This document shows positions 13,901-28,332 of a stretch of DNA of 64,000 nt, piece after piece. Source of the DNA: the human T2T-CHM13v2.0 reference genome, Homo sapiens; the NCBI RefSeq assembly GCF_009914755.1, contig NC_060939.1. One strand, written 5' to 3'. The notes beneath the pieces were generated by a model. It was not told where the DNA came from, did no database searches, and saw only the letters and a list, made by a program, of their open reading frames with translations. The position numbers were made by a program, and so were the translations under genes. How positions within the stretch are numbered: the first letter of the stretch is position 1; each line of letters starts with the position of its first letter.

Positions 13901-16900
13901 TCAAACAACAGCAAGAGTGTTCTGGAATCCTCTGTTACAGAGAAACATTCAGATCCTCGTCGCAGTGTTCTGGAATTCTAACTGAGGGAGAAACACTCTG
14001 AACCCAGCAGCAGTGTTCTGGAACCCTATGTGACAGACATACATGTAGACCCCAGCAGCAGTGTTCTGGAATCCTATGTGAGGGACAAATATTCAGACAG
14101 CAGCCGTAGTATTCTGGAATCCTATGTGAAGGATAGTCATTCAGACCCTCATAGCAGTGTTCTGGAATTCTCTGTGTGGGACAAACATTCAGACCCTCAT
14201 AGCAGTGTTCTGGAATCCCCGGTGAGGAACAAACATTCAGAGCCTCATATCAGTGTTCTGGAATCCTATGTGACGGACAAACATTAAGTCCCCAGAAGCA
14301 GTTTTCTGGAATACTGTGTGAGGAACAAACATTCAGACCCTGGTAGTAGTGTTCTGGAATCCTATGTGAGAGACAAACACTCAGAACCCAACAGCAGTGT
14401 TTTGGAACCCTATGTGAGGGTCAATCATTCAGGCCACAGCAGGATTATGCTGGAGTCCTATGTGAGGGACACTCAGAACATAGCAGGAGTGTTTTGGAAT
14501 CCTATGTGAGGGAAAAACTTTCAGACACTCGTAGCAGTGTTCTGGAATCCTATGTGGGAGACAAACATTCATACAATCTTAGCAGTGTACGGGAATTCTT
14601 TGCGAGGGACAAACATTCAGACCCCAGCAGCAGTGTTCCAGAATCCTATGTGAGCTATAAACATTGATACAACAGTGGGAGTGTTCTGGAATCCTATGTT
14701 ATGGACAAACATTCAGACCCTCGTCACAGTGTTCTGGAATTCTATGTGAGGGAGAAACACTCAGAACCCAGCAACAGTGTACTGGAATCCTATGTGACGG
14801 ACATACATGTAGACCCGAGCAGCAGTGTTCTGGAATACTATGTGAGGGACAAACATTCATAATACGGCAGGAGTGCCCTGGAATCCTATGTGAGGGAAAA
14901 CATTCAGACAATCGTAGCAGTGTTTTGGAATCTTATGTGAGGGACTAACTTTCAGACCCCATCAGCAGTGTTCTGGAATCCTATATGAGGGACAAACATT
15001 CAAACTACAGAGGCTGTGTTCTGGAATCCTAAGTTATGGACAAAAATTCAGATCCTCTCCGCAGTGCTCTGGAATTCTATTTGAGGGAGAAACAATCAGA
15101 ACCCAGCAGCAGTGTTCTCGAATCCTACATGAGGGACATACATTCAGACCACAGCAGCAGTGTTCTAGAACCCTATGTGAGGGACAAGCATTCAGACCGT
15201 CGTAGCAGTGTTCTCGAATTCTGTGTGAAGGACAAAGATTCAGACCATCAGAGCAGTGTTCTGGAATCCTTTGTGAGGGACAAACATTCAGACCACAGCA
15301 AGAGTCTTCTGGAATCCACTGTGAGGAACAAACATTCAGAACCTCATAGCAGTGTTCTGGAATCCTATGTGATGGACAAACATTTAGACCTCAGAAGCAG
15401 TGTTCTGTAATCCTGTGAGAGACAAACATTCAGACACTCGTTGCAGTGTACAGGAATCCTGTGTGAGGGAAAAGAACTCAGAACCCAGCAACAGTGTCCT
15501 GGAACCCTATGTGAGGGACAAACATTCAGGCCACAGCAGGATTGTTCTGGAATCCTACGTGAGGGACAAACACTCAAACACAGCGGGAGTGTTTTGGAAT
15601 CCAATATGAGGGAGAAACATTCAGACCCTCATAGCAGTGTTCTGGAATCCTATGTGAGGGACAAACATTCAGAAAATCGTAGCCATGTTCTGGAATCTCA
15701 AGAAAGGGAAATAAATTCAGACCCCAGCAGCAGTGTTTTGTAATCCTATGTGAGGGAGAAACATTGAACCAAGATCGGGAGTGTTCTGCAATCCCTGGTT
15801 ATGGACAAATATTCAGAACCTCGTCTCAGTGCTCTGGAATTCTATGTGAGGTAGAAACAGTGAGAACCCAGCAGCAGTATTCTGGAATCCTATGTGAGGG
15901 AAAATCATTCAGACCCCAGCAGGAGTGTTCTGGAATCCTATGGGAGGGACAATCATTCAGACAATCGTAGCAGTGTTCTGGAATCCTATGTGAGGGGCAA
16001 ACATACAGACACTTGTAGCAGTGTTCTGGAATCCTATGTAAGTGACAAATATTCAGACCCTTGTAGCATTTTTCTGGAATCCTATGTGAGGGACAAACAT
16101 TGAGACAATCGTAGCTGTGTTCTCGAATCCTATGTGAGGGAGAAACATTCAGACTACAACAGCAGTGTTCTGGAATCGTATGTGAGGGACAAACATTCCA
16201 ACAACAGAGTGAGTGTTCTGGAATCCTAAGTTACGGACATACATTCAGAAATTCGTCTCAGTGATCTGGAATTCTATGTGAGGGTGAAACACTCAGAAAC
16301 CGGCAGCAATGTTCTTAAATCCTATGTGACAGACATACATGTAGACGGTAACAGCAGTGTCCTGTAATTCTGTGTGATGGAAAAACTTTCAGACACTCAT
16401 AGCAGTGTTCTGGAATCCTATTTGAGGGACAAACATTCAGACCACAGCTGGAGTGTTCTGCAATCCCCTGTGAGTAACAAATATTCAGATCCTAGTAACA
16501 GTGTTCTGGAATCCTATGAGGGACAAACATTCGGATCCTCTTAGCAGTGATCTGGAATCCTATGTGAGGGTAAATCATTCAGAACCTAGTTGCGGTGTTC
16601 TGGAATCCTATATGAGGGACAAACATTCGGATCCTCTTAGCAGTGTTCTGGAATCCTATGTAACGGACAAACATTAAGACCCCAACTGCAACTGCAGTGT
16701 TCTGGAATCCCATGTGAGGGACAAGCATTCAGACCCTTGTAGCAGTGTTCTGGATTCCTATGTGAGGGAGAAACACTCAAAACCCAGCAACAGTGTTCTG
16801 GAACCCTATGTGAGGGACAAACATTCACACCACAGCAGGATTGTTCTGGAATACTATGTGAGGGACAAACACTCAGAACATAGCAGGAGTGTTTTGGAAT

Positions 16901-19900
16901 CGTATGTGAGGGACAAACATTCGGATCCTCTTAGCAGTGTTCTGGAATCCTATGTGACGGACATACATGTAGAACCCAGCAGCAGTGTTCTGAACGCCTA
17001 TGTGAGGGACAAACATTCAGACCCCAGGAACAGTCTTCGGGAATCGTATGTGAGGGTAAATCATTCAGAACGTCGTAGCAGTGTTCTGGAATTCTGTGTG
17101 AGGGACAAACATTCAGACCACAGCAGCAGTATTCTGGAATCCTATGTGAGGGAAAAACATTCAAACAACTGCAGGTGTGTTCTGGAATCCTATGTGAGGG
17201 AAAAACATTCAAACAACTGCAGGTGTGTTCTGGAATCCTATGACAAGGAAAAACATTCAGACCCTCCTCGCAGTGTTCTTGAATTCTATGTGAGGGAGAA
17301 ACACTCCGATTCCTGTAGCAGTGTTCTGGAACCCTATGTGACAGACCTACTTGTAGACTCCAGCAGCAGTGTTCTGGAACCCTATGTGAGGGACAATCAT
17401 TCCGACCCTCGTGGCAGTGTTCTGGAATTTTGTGTGAGGGATAAACATTCAGACCCCAGCGCGAGTGTTCTGGAATCCCACGTGAGTGACAAGCATTCAA
17501 AAAATCTTAGCAGTGTTCTGGAATCCTATATGAGAGACAAACTTTCAGACCCTCGTAGCAGTATTCTGGAATCCTATGTGGGGGCAAACATTCAATCATA
17601 GCAGTGTTCAGGAATCTTATGTGAGGGACAAACATTTAGACTGTCGTAGCAGTGTTCTGGAATCCTATGTGAGGGACAAGCATTGAGACAATCGTGGCAG
17701 TGTTCTGGGATCCTATGTGAGGGACAAACATTCAGACAATCGTAGCAGGGTTCTGGAATCCTATGTGAGGGACAAACATTCAAAAAACAGAGAGAGTGTT
17801 CTGGAACCCTATGTTACGGACAAACATTCAGACAATCGTAGCAGGGTTCTGGAATCCTATGTGAGGGACAAACATTCAAAAAACAGAGAGATTGTTCTGG
17901 AACCCTATGTTACAGACAAACATTGAGACCATCGTTGCAGTGTTCTGGAATTCCCTGTGAGGGACAAAAACTCGGAACCCAGCGGCAGTGTTCTGGAATT
18001 CCCTGTGAGGGACAAAAACTCGGAACCCAGCGGCAGTGTTCTGGAATCCTATGTGAGGGACAAACATTCAGACTCCAGCAGCAGTGTTCTGGAATCCCAT
18101 GTGAGGGACAATCATTCAGACCATCATAGCCGTGTTTTGGAATTCTGTGTGAGGGGCAAACATTCAGACCGTCGTAACAGTGTTCTGCAATCCTGTGTGA
18201 GGGAAAAACATTCCGACCACAGCAAGAGTGTTCTGGAATCCCCTGTGAGGAACAAACATTCCGACCCTCATAGCAGTGTACTGGAATCTTATCTGATGGA
18301 CAAATATTTAGGACCCAGCAGCAGTGTTCTGGAATCCTATGTGAGTGACAAACACTCAAAACATAGCAGGAGTGTTTTAGAATACTATGTGAGGGATAAA
18401 CAATCTGACCTTCACAACAGTGTTCTGGAATCCTGAGTGAGGGATAAACATTCAGACCCTGATAGCAGTGTTCTGGAATCCTATGTGAGGGACAAACATT
18501 CAGACCACAGCAGGACTGTTTTGGAATTCCCTTTGAGAAACAAACTTTTAGACCCTCATAGCTGTGTTCTGCAATCCTGTGTGTGGGACAAAATTTCAAA
18601 ACCTCGTAGCAGTGTTCTGGAATCCTATGTGAGGTACAAACATTCAGACAATCGTAGCAGTGTTCTGGAATCCCATGTGAGGGACAAACATGCAGACCCT
18701 CGTAAGAGTGTTCTGGAATCCTATGTGAGAGACAAACATTCAGACAATCGTAGCAGTGTTCTGGAATCCAATGTTAGTGACAAACTTTCAGACCCCAGCA
18801 GCAGTGTTCTGGAATCCTATTTGAGGGACAACCATTCAGACACTTTCAGCAGTGTTCCAGAATCCTGTGTCAGGGACAAACATTTTGACCACTGCAGGAC
18901 TCTTCTGGAATCCCTTGTGGGGAACAAACATTCAGACCCTCGTAGGTGTGTTCTGTAATCCTATGTGACTGACACACATTTAGACCACAGCAGCAGTGTT
19001 CTGGAATCCCATGTGAGGGACAAACATTCAGACACTCGTAGCAATGTTCTGGAGTCCTGTGTGAGGGACAAAAATTCAGGCCACACCAAGAGTGTATTGG
19101 AATCCCCTGTGAGGAACAAACATTTTGAACCTCCTAACAGTGTCTGGAATATTATCTGACGGACAAACATTTAGACCCCAGCAGCAGTATTATAGAATCT
19201 CATGTGAGGGACAATATTTCAGAACGTCATAGCAGTGTTCTGGAATATTATATGAGTGAAAAATATTCAAACATCCTCGGGAGTGTTCTGGAATCTTATG
19301 TCACGGACAAGCATTCAGACCCTCGTCGCAGTGTTCTGGAATTCTATGTGAGGGAGAAACACTCAGAACCCAGCAGCAGTGTTCTGGAATCCTATGTGAA
19401 GGACATACATGTAGACCATAGCAGCAGTGCTCTGGAATCCTTTGTGACAGACAAACATTCAGACCCCAGCAGCAGTGTTCTGGAATCCTGTGTGAGGGAC
19501 AAACATTCAGACCCCAGCTGCAGTGTTCTGGTATCCTATGTGATGGACAGTCATAAAGACCCTCGTAGCAGTGTTCTGGAATTCTTTGTGAGGGACAAAC
19601 ATTCAGACACTCATAGCAGTGATGTGGAATCCCATGTGAGTGACAAACATTCAGACCACAGCAGAAGTGTTCTGGAATCCCCTGTGAGGAACAAACATTC
19701 AGACTCTCGTAGTAGTGTTCTGGAATCCTATTTGAAGGACAAACATTTAGGCCCCAGCAGCAGGGTCCTTGAATCCTATGTGAGGGACAAATATTCAGAC
19801 CCTGGTAGCACTGCTCTGGCTTTCTTTCTGAGGGACAAACATTCAGTCCACAGCAGGAGTGTTCTGGAATCCTAAGTGAGGGACAAACATTCACACCCTC

Positions 19901-20249
19901 GTAGCATTGTTCTGGAATCCTATGTGAGGGACAAACATTCAAATAAATACTTGAGTGTTTTTGAATCCTATGTTACGGACAAACATTCAAACCCTCGTCG
20001 CAGTGTTCTGGAATTGTTTGTGAGTGAGAAACACTCAGAAACCAGCAGCAGTGTTCTGGAATCCTATGTTTCGGACATAAATGTAGACCCCAGCAGCAGT
20101 GTTCTGGAATCCTAAGTGAGGGACAAACATTCAGACCCTAGCAGCAGCATTCTGGAATCCTATTGAGGGACAAAAATTCTGACCCTCATCTCAGTGGTCT
20201 GGAATTCTAGGTGAGGAAGAAACTCAGACAATCGTAGCAGTGTTCTGGA

Positions 20250-21690
20250 ATCCTATGTGAGGGGCAAACATTCAAACAACAGCGGGAGTGCTCTTGAATC
20301 ATATGTTATGGACAAACACTCAGACCCTCGTAGCAGTGTTCTGGAATCCTATGAGAGGGACAAACATTCAGACCCTCCAGGTTTGTTCTGGAATCCTATG
20401 TGAGGGACAAATATTAAGAAAATCGTAACATTGTACTGGAATCCTGTGTGAGGGACAAACATTCAGTCCCCATTAGCAGTGTTCTGGATTCCTATGTGAG
20501 GGACAAACATTCCCACAACAGCGGGAGTGTTCTGTAATCCTATGTTACGGACAAACATTCAGACCCTCATCGCAGTGTTCTGGAATCCTATGTGAGGGAG
20601 AAACACTTAGAAACCAGCTGCAGTGTTCTGGAATCTTATGGGATGGACACACATGTAGACCCCAGCAGCATTGTTCTGGAATCCTGTGAGACGGACAAAC
20701 ATTCAGACCCCAGCAGCAGTGTTCTGGAATCCTAGAGTAGGGATAATCATTAAGATCCTGGCTGCAGTGTTCTGCAATTCTGTGTGAGGGACAAACATTC
20801 AGAGCCTCATAGGAGTGTTCTGGAATCCTATGTGATTGACAAACATTCAGACCACAGCAGGAGTGTTCTCGAATCCCCTGTGAGGAACAAATATTCAGAC
20901 CCTCGTGGCAGTGTTCTGTAATCCTATGTGAGGGACCAACATTTAGACCACAGCAGCAGTGTTCTGGAATCCTATGTGAGGGACAAACATTCAAACAACA
21001 GCGGGAGTGTCCTTGAATCATATGTTACGGACAAACATTCAGACCCGCGTAGCAGTGTTCTGGAATCCTTTGAGAGGGACAAACATTCAAACAACTGCGG
21101 GAGTGTTCTGTAATCCTATGTTATGGACAAATATTAATATAATCGTAACATTGTTCTGGAATCCTGCGTGAGGGACAAACATTCAGTCCCCATTAGCAGT
21201 GTTCTGGATTCCTATGTGAGGGACAAACATTCAAACAACTGTGGGAGTGTTCTGTAATCCTATGTTATGGACAAATATCAGACCCTTGTCGCAGTGTTCT
21301 GGAATTCTATGTGAGGGAGAAACATTTAGAAACCAGCAGCACTGTTCTGGAATCCTATGGGATGGACACACATGTAGACCCCAGCAGCATTATTCTGGAA
21401 TCCTATGAGACAGACAAACATTCAGACCCTAGCAACAGTGTTCTGGAATCCTAGAATAGGGATAATCATTCAGACCCTGGTAGCAGTATTCTGGAATTCT
21501 GTGTGAGGAACAAACATTCAGAGCCTCATAGCAGTGTTCTGGAATCCTATGTGATTGACAAACATTGACAACAGCAGGAGTGTTCTGGAATCATCTGTGA
21601 GGAACAAACATTCAGACAACAGCAGGAGTGTTCTGGAATCATCTGTGAGGAACAAACATTCAGACCCTCTTAGCAGTGTTCTGTAATCCT
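20250..21690. repeat. Tandem duplication of a 15-monomer (720-bp) CER block
   Basis: The rare variant string atattaa...aatcgtaacattg...cagtccccattagcagtgttctggattcc occurs at 20411 and 21131 (offset 720). gatggacacacatgtag is also repeated at about the same offset. Confidence 0.8.
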
Positions 21691-24600
21691 ATGTGAAATC
21701 ATCCTATGTGACAGACAAACATTTAGACCCCAGCAGCAGTGTTCTGGAATCCTATGTGAGGGAGAAACATTCAGACCCTCATAGCAGTGTTCTGGAATCC
21801 TACATGAGCGACAAACACACTGAAACCAGCAGCAGTGTTCTGGAACCCTATGTGAGGGATAAACATTCAGACCATGCCAGGATTGTTCTGGAAACCTATG
21901 TGAGGGACCAACACTCCGAACCCAGCAGAAAGGTTTTGAAATCCTGTGTGAGGGACAAACGTTTAGACTCTCGTAGCAGTGTTCTGGAATCATATGTGAG
22001 GGACAAATATACAGACCATAGCAGGAGTGTTCTGGAATCCTATGTGAGGGACAAACATTCAGACCCTCATAGCAGTGATCTGGAATTCTATGTGAGGGAC
22101 AAACATTCAGACATTGGTAGCATTGTTCTGGAATCCAATGTGAGGGACAAACATTCTGACCCTCATAGCAGTGTACCAGAATCCTGTGTTAGGAACGAAC
22201 ATTCAGACCACAGCATTAGTGTTCTGGAATCCCCTGTGAGGAACAAACATACAGACCCTCATAGTAGTGTTCTGGAATCCTATGTGACGGCCAAATATTT
22301 ATACCCCAGGAGCAGTGTTCTGGAATCCTCAGTGAGGAAAACCATTCAGAATCTTGTAGCAGTTTTCTGGAATCCTATGTGAGGGACAAACATTCAGACC
22401 ACAGCGGGATTGTTCTGGAATGATATGTGAGGGACAAACACTAAGAAAATAACAGGAATGTTTTGGAATCCTATGTGAGTGACAAAAATTCAGACCCTCG
22501 TAGTAGTGTTCTGGAATCGTATGTGAGGGACAAGCATTCAGACCACAGCAGGAGTGTTCTGGAATCCTATGGGAGGGACATACATTCAAACCCTAGTTAG
22601 CAGTGTTCTGGAATCCTATGTGAGGGAAAAGCATTCAGAGTTTTGTAGCAGTGTTCTGGAATCCTATGTGAGGGACAAACATTCAGACCCTCAAAGGAGT
22701 ATTCTGGAATCCTATGTGAGGGACAAACATTGAGATAATCATAGCAGTGTGCTGGAATCCTATGTGAGGGACAAACATTCAGACCCCAGCAGCAGTGTTC
22801 TGGAATCCTATGTGAGTGATAAACATTCAAACAACAGCGGGAGTGTTCCATAATCCTATGTTACAGACAAATATTCACACCGTTTTCACAGTGTTCTTGA
22901 ATCCTATGTGAGGGACAAACACTCAGAAATGAGCAGCAGTGTTCTGGAACCCTGTGTGAGGGTCAAAATTTCAGACCACAGCAGGATTGTTCTGTAATCC
23001 TATGTTACGGACAAACATTTAGACCTCAGCAGGAGTGTTCTGGAATTCTATGCGAGGCACAGTCATTCGTACCCTCGTAACAGTGTTCTGGAATTCTGTG
23101 TGAGGGACAAGCATTCAGAACGTCGTAGCAGTGTTCTGGAATCCTATGTGAAGGACAACCATTCAGACCACAGGAAGAGTGCTCTGGAATCCCCAGTGAG
23201 GAACAAACATTCAGACACTAGTAAAAGTGTTCTGGAATCCTATGTGACAGACAAACATTCAGACCCCAGCAGCAGTGTTCTGGAGTTTTATGTGAGGGAA
23301 AAACGTTCAGACAATCATAGCAGAATTCTGGAATCCTATGTGAGGGACAAACATTCAGACCTCAGCTGCTGCGTTCTGGAATCCTATGTGAGGGACAAAC
23401 ATTCATACAACAGTGGGAGTGTTCTGGAATCCTATGTTACAGGCAAATATTCAGACCCTCGTCCGAGTGTTCTGGAATTCTATGTGAGGGAGAAACATTC
23501 AGAACCCACCAGCATTGTTCTGGAATCCTATGTGACGGACAGACATGCAGACCCCAGCAGCATTGTTCTGGAATCCTATGTGACGGTCAGACATGTAGAC
23601 CCCAGCAGCATTGTTCTGGACTCCTATGTGAGGGATGATCATTCAGACCCTCGTTGCAGTGTTTTGGAATTCTGTGTGAGTGAGAAACATTCAGACCCTT
23701 GTAGAAGTGTTCTGGAGCCCTTTGTGAGGGACAAACATTCAGACCACAGCAGGAGTGTTCTGGAATCCACCGTGAGGAACAAACATTCCGACCCTCGTAG
23801 CAGTGTTCTGGAATCCTAAGTGATGGATAAACATTTAGACCCAGTAGCAGTGTTCTGGAATCCCCAGTGAGGAACAAACATTCAGACAATCGTAGCAGTT
23901 TTCTGGTATTCTATGTGAGGGACAAACATTCAGACCCCAGCAGCAGTGTTCTGGAATCCTATGTGTGGGACATACATTCAGACCCTCGTAGGAATGTTCT
24001 GGAATCCTTTGTGAGGGACATGTATTAAGATAATCATAGCAGTGTTCCAGAATCCTATGTGAGGGACAAACATTCAGACCCCAGGAGCAGTGTTCTGGAA
24101 TCCTATGTGAGGGAGAAACATTCAACCAACAGCGGGAGTGTTCTGAAATCCTATGTTAAGGACAAACATTCAGACCCTAGTTGCAGTGTTCTAGAATTCT
24201 ATGTGAGGGAGAAACACTCAGAAACCTGCAGCAGTGTTCTGGAATCTAGGTGACGCCCATAAATCTACACCCCAGCAGCAGTGTGGTGGAATCCTATATG
24301 ATGGACAAACATCCAGAACCCAGCAGCAGTGTTCTGGAATCCTATGTGAGGTACAAACATTCAGACCCCAGCAGCAGTGTTCTGGAATCCTATGAGAGGG
24401 ACAATCATTCAGACCCTTGTAGCAGTATTGTGGAATTCTGTGTGAGGGATAAACATCCAGAAACTCATAGCAGTGTTCTGGAATGCTCTGTGAGGTACAA
24501 ACATTCAGACCCTCGTAGCAGTGTTCTGGAATACTACGTGAGGGACAAACATTGAGACCTCATAGCAGTGTTCTGGAATCCTATGTGACAGACAAACATT

Positions 24601-27600
24601 TAGATGGCAGCAGCAGTGTTCTGGAATCCTATGTGAGGTACAAACATTCAGAACACTGCAGAAGTGTTCTGGAATCTCCTGTGAGGAAGAAACTTTTAGA
24701 CCCTCATAAAAGTGGTCTGGATTCCGATGTGATGGACAAACATTTAGACCCCAGCAGCAGTGTTCTGGAATCCTATGTGAGAGACAAACATTCAGAACCT
24801 CGTAGCAGTGTTCTGGAATCCTATGTGAGGGACAAACCCTCAGAACTCAGCAACTGTATTCTGGAATCCTATGGAGGGACAAACATTGAGACCACAGCAA
24901 GATTGTTCTGAAATCCTATGTGGGGGACAAACACTTCGAACACTGCAGGAGTGTTTTGGAATCCTATGTGAGGGACAAACATTCAGAGCCTCGTAGCAGT
25001 GTTCTGGAATCCTATGTGAGGGAAAAACTATCAGACCACAGCAGGAGTGTTCAGGAATCCTATGTGAGGGACTAACATTTAGATAATCAAAGCCGTGTTC
25101 TGGAATCCTATGTGAGAGGCAAACATTCATACACTCATAGCAGTGTTCTGCAATCCTATGTGAGGGAAAAATATTCAGATCATCCTAGCAGTGTTCTGGA
25201 ATCCTATGTGAGGGACAAATATTCAGATCATCCTAGCAGTGTTCTGGAATCCTATGTGAGGGACAAAAATGCAGACAGTCGTAGCAGTGTTCTGGAATCC
25301 TATGTGAGGGACAAAAATGCAGACAATCGTAGCAGTGTTCTGTTATCCTATGGGAGGGACAAAAATTCAGAGCCTCCCAGCAGTGTTCTGGAATCCTATG
25401 TGAGGGTCAGACATTCAGACAATCGTAGAGTGTTCTGGAATCCTATGGGAGGGATAAACATTCAAAAAACAGCGAGAGCGTCTGACATCCTACATTTCGG
25501 ACAAACATGCATACCCTCGTCGCAGTGTTCTGGAATTTATGTGAGGGAGAGACACACAGAACCCAGCAGCAGTGTTCTGGATTCCTATGTGACGGACATA
25601 CATGTAGACCCCAGCAGCAGCGTTCTGGAATCCTATGTGAGGGAAAAACATTCAGGCACCAGCAGCAGAGTTCTGGAATCCTATATGAAGGACAATCATT
25701 CAGACCCTCGTAACAGTGTTCTGGAATTCTGTGTGAGGGACAAACATTCAGACCACAGCAGGACTATTCTGGAATCCCCAGTGAGGAAGAAACATTCAGA
25801 CCCTCGTAGCACTGTTCTTGAATCCTGTGTGATGGACAAACATTTAGACCCCAGCAGCGGTGTTCTGGAATCCTATGTGTGGGACCGTCATTCAGAACCT
25901 CGTAGCGTGTTCTGGAATCTGGTGTGATGCAGAAACATTCAGATCACAACAGTAGTGTTCTGGATCTGATGTGTCTACAAACACTCAGAACACAGCAGGA
26001 GTGTTTTGGAATCCTATATGAGGGAAAAACATTCAGACCCTCGTAGCAGTGTTCTGGAATCCTATCTAAGGGACAAACATTCAGACAATCGTAGGAGTGT
26101 TCTGGAATCCGATGTGAGGGACAAACATTCAGACTCTTGTATCAGTGTTCTGAAATCCTACGTGAAAGACAAACATTCAAACAATCGCAGCAGTGTTCTG
26201 GAATCCTATGTGAGGGACAAATATTCAGACCCTCGTAGCAGTGTACTGGAATCCTATGTGAGGGACAAACTTTCAGACCAGAGCAGCAGTGTCCTTGAAT
26301 CCTGTGTGAGGGACAAATATTGAGATCCCAGCAGGAGTGTTCTGGAATCTTTTGTTAATGAGAAACATTCAGACTACAGCAGGAGTGTTCTGGAATCCTA
26401 TGGGAGCAACAAACATTCAGACCCCAGCACCAGTGTTCTTTTGTCCTATGTGAGAAACAAAAATTCAGATGCTCGCAGCAGTGTTCTGAAATCCTATGTG
26501 AGGGAAAAACATTCAGAACCTCGTAGCAGTGTTTTGGAATCCTATGGGAGGACAAAAAATCAGACACTCCTACTAGTGCTCTGGAAACCTATGTGAGGGA
26601 CAAACATTCAGACCACAGCAGGAGTGTTCTGGAATCGCCTGTGAGGGAGAAACATTCAGACCCTCATACCTGTGTTCTGGAATCCAATGTGACGGACAAA
26701 GATTTAGACCCCAGCAGCAGTGTTCTGGAATCCTATGTGATGGACAGACATTCAGACAATCGTAGCAGTGTTCTGGAATCCTATGCGAGGGACAAACATT
26801 CAGAACCCAGCAGCAGTGTTCTGGAATCCTATGTGAGGAACAAACATTCAAACAAACAACAGCGGGAGTGTTCGGGAATCTTATGTTACGGACAAACATT
26901 CAGACCATCATCGCAGTTTTCCGGAATTCTATGTGACGGAGAAAGACTCAGAACTCCGCAGCAGTGTTCTGGTATTCTATGCGATGGACATACATGCAGA
27001 CCTCAGCAGCAGTGTTCTGGACTCGTATGTGAGGGACAAACATTCAGACCCCAGCAGCAGTCTTCTGAAATCCTACATGAGAGACAATCATTCAGCCCCT
27101 CGTTGCATTGTTCTGGAATTCTGTGTGAGGGAAAAACTTTCAGACAATCATGGCAGTGTTCCAGAATCCTACGTGAGGGTCAAACTTTCAGAACACAGAA
27201 GTAGTGATCTGGAATCCCCTGTGAGGAATAAACATTCAGAACCCTGTAGCAGTAACCTGGAATCCGATGTGACGGACAAACCTTTAGACCCCAGCAGCAT
27301 TGATCTGGAATCCTATTTGAGGGACAATCATTCAGACCCTCTCAGCAGTATTCTGTCATCCTATGTGCGGGAGAAACATTCAGACCACAGTGGGGGTGTT
27401 CTGTAATAATATGTGACAAACATTTCGATCCTCACAGAAGTGTTCTGGAATATTATATGAGGGACAAAGGTTCAGACAATTGTAGCAGTGTTCTGGAATC
27501 CTACGTGAGGGACAAACATTCAGAACCTAGAAGCAGTGTTCTAGAATCCTATATGAGGGACAAACGTTCAAACAACAGCGGGAGTGTTCTGGAGTCCTAT

Positions 27601-28265
27601 GTTATGGACAAACATTCAGACCCTAGCAGAAGTGTTCTGGAATCCCATGTGACAGACAAACACTCAAACAAGAGCGGGAGTGGTCTGGAATCCTAAGTTA
27701 GGATCATACATTCAGACCCCCGTTGCAGTGTTCTGGAATTCTATGTGTGGGAGAAACACTCAGAACCAGCAGCAGTGTTCTGGCATCCAATGTGAGGGAC
27801 ACACGAGTAGACTGCAGCAGCAGTGTTCTGGAATCCTATGTGAGAGACAAACATTCAGACCCCAGCAGCAGTGTTCTGGAATACTATATGAGGCACATTC
27901 ATTCAGACCCTCGTTGCAGTGATCTGGAATCCTATGTGAGGGACAAACAGAACACAGCAGGAGTGTTTTGGAATCCCCTGTGAGGAACAAATATTCAGAC
28001 CCTCGTCGCAGTGTTCTGGAATCCGATGTGAGGGACCAACAATCAGACAATCGTAGAAGTGTTCTGAAATCCTATCTGAGGGACAAACATTCAGACCCTT
28101 GTAGCAGTGTTCTGGAATCCTATGTGAGGGAGAAACATTCAGACAACCGTAGAACTGTTCTGGAATGTGAGTGACAAATATTCAGTCCCCAGCAGCAGTG
28201 TTCTGGAATCTTATGTGAGGGAAAAACATTCAAAAAACAGCGGAAGTGTTCTGGAATCCTACGTT

Positions 28266-28332
28266 AGAAACATAAATTCCAAGTATAATAATAATAAACG
28301 AAATAATATAACATAAAAAGAAACATACATTC
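28266..28332 (+). mobile_element. Ultra-short 5'-truncated L1 (3' terminus plus decayed poly-A, 28280-28318) with 14-bp TSD
   Basis: Insert caagtataataataataaacgaaataatataacataaaa resembles the L1PA 3' end (AAGTATAATAATAATAAA) followed by an A-rich tail. Flanks are agaaacataaattc (28266-28279) and agaaacatacattc (28319-28332), 13/14 identical. The left junction TT|AGAA fits an L1 endonuclease site. Confidence 0.75.

Noticed and set aside
16931-19942. Cys/His-rich minus-strand peptides suggesting zinc-finger or metallothionein-like genes
   Set aside because: The period is 16 aa rather than the 28 aa of C2H2 arrays, with no CxxC...HxxxH spacing or TGEKP linker. It is simply the antisense translation of the satellite.
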